Part shown: positions 63,177-64,000 of the stretch, piece by piece
Position numbering within the stretch: position 1 is the first letter of the stretch
How the letters are laid out: each line of letters starts with the position of its first letter
Source of the DNA: Longimicrobiales bacterium
GTDB lineage: Bacteria; Gemmatimonadota; Gemmatimonadetes; Longimicrobiales; Gaopeijiaceae
Direction of reading: 5' to 3'
Assembly (NCBI GenBank): GCA_965203485.1
Contig: OZ241892.1
Coordinates: 800,001-864,000 of the forward strand
DNA length: 64,000 nt
Translations under genes and position numbers: made by a program
Notes under the pieces: generated by a model
Seen by the model: only the letters and a program-made list of their open reading frames with translations
Told to the model about the DNA's origin: nothing
The model's database searches: none

Positions 63177-64000
63177 GCCGCGCCGCCGGCCGCGGTCGGC
63201 TCCGTCCGCAACCCGGCTTCCGCCACACCGTCGTCGAGATTGGGAGCAAGCCGGCGGGAGGCCTCTTCCACGCCTACGCCGGCGCGCTCCGCGTAGTCGG
63301 CCAGCTGGTCGGGGCCGATTCTTCCCACGCCGAAGTAGAAGCTGCCGGGATGTCCGAGGTAGAGGCCGGCAACCGTCGCCGCGGGCGCCATGGCGAAGCT
63401 CTCCGTGAGCGACACGCCGATCTCCTCCGCGCCCAGTAGCCGGAACAGGCCGGCTTTGGCCGAGTGGTCCGGACAGGCGGGGTAGCCGGGAGCTGGACGA
63501 ATGCCGCGGTACTCCTCGGCGATCAGCTGCGAGTTCGCGAGGGACTCGTTCGGAGCGTATCCCCAGAACTCCCGCCGCACGCGCTCGTGCAGCCGCTCGG
63601 CGAACGCCTCGGCCAGCCGGTCGGCGAGCGCCTTGGCCACGATGCTCTGGTAGTCGTCGCCCGCCTCCTCGAACTCGGCGCACAGTTCGGCGACGCCGTG
63701 CCCCGCGGTGGCGACGAAGGCGCCGGCGAAGTCGGCCACCCCCGACCGGGCAGGCGCCACGAAGTCGGCCAAGCACAGGTTGGGCCTGCCGGCTCCCTTG
63801 CGGAACTGCTGGCGCAGGCACGGCAGCGCGAAGGCCGGTGCCGTGCGCGCGTCGTTCGCGTAGAAGACGATGTCGTCGCCCCGCGAGTTCGCGGGGAACA
63901 GGCCGATCACCGCACGCGCCGCCCAGCGCCGCTCGCGCACGATCCGGCGCAGCAGCGCGAGCGCGTCCTCGTGCAGGCGCGCCGCCTGCTCTCCCGCCGC
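63173..64000 (-). CDS. metH: Cobalamin-dependent methionine synthase, C-terminal activation domain (partial)
   Basis: GLFPANS, LRQQ, CLADF, DDYQSIVAKALADRLAEAFAE, YRGIRPAPGYPACPDH, LTESFAM, YFGVGRI. Confidence 0.96.

Overview
Very GC-rich bacterial chromosomal segment with about 57 protein-coding genes. The gene content and style (TonB receptor, carboxypeptidase-regulatory-domain proteins, ECF/anti-sigma pairs, YitJ next to MetH) suggest Gemmatimonadota; this is an inference. In order: partial PQQ dehydrogenase; NfeD-flotillin pair; pstSCAB1B2; a minus-strand run of ProX, secreted protein, sugar transferase, cardiolipin synthase and RsmC-like methyltransferase; class V aminotransferase; glutaminyl cyclase, ferritin, FmdB and FKBP_N; MATE/ANKH-like transporter; ltaE; DtxR-FeoA fusion plus feoB behind a DtxR-type operator; ferredoxin-NADP reductase; cytochrome c; radical SAM; sufE; carB; HDAC; CcmH-like; M24 peptidase; priA; HNH; two ECF operons (one with MacAB-TolC, one with a PDZ protein); thrC; NAGPA-like; an orphan hsdR with a mini M48 gene; TonB receptor; pepP; a stand-alone MTHFR-fold gene; yitJ; the 3' end of metH. 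No rRNA, tRNA, CRISPR array or intact mobile element was recognised. The most notable observations are: (1) a Gln-at-+1 ('Q-rule') pattern in nearly all predicted SPase I substrates alongside a lipoprotein beta-propeller glutaminyl cyclase; (2) two PstB paralogues with complementary degenerate motifs; (3) a YitJ whose MTHFR domain has lost catalytic residues, facing a divergent stand-alone MTHFR-fold gene that keeps them; (4) an intact HsdR with only scars where hsdM/hsdS would be; (5) a ~27-nt poly-G tract in front of a priming glycosyltransferase; (6) a membrane-anchored DtxR-FeoA-FeoA fusion. All calls come from motif recognition by eye and start codons are often approximate.
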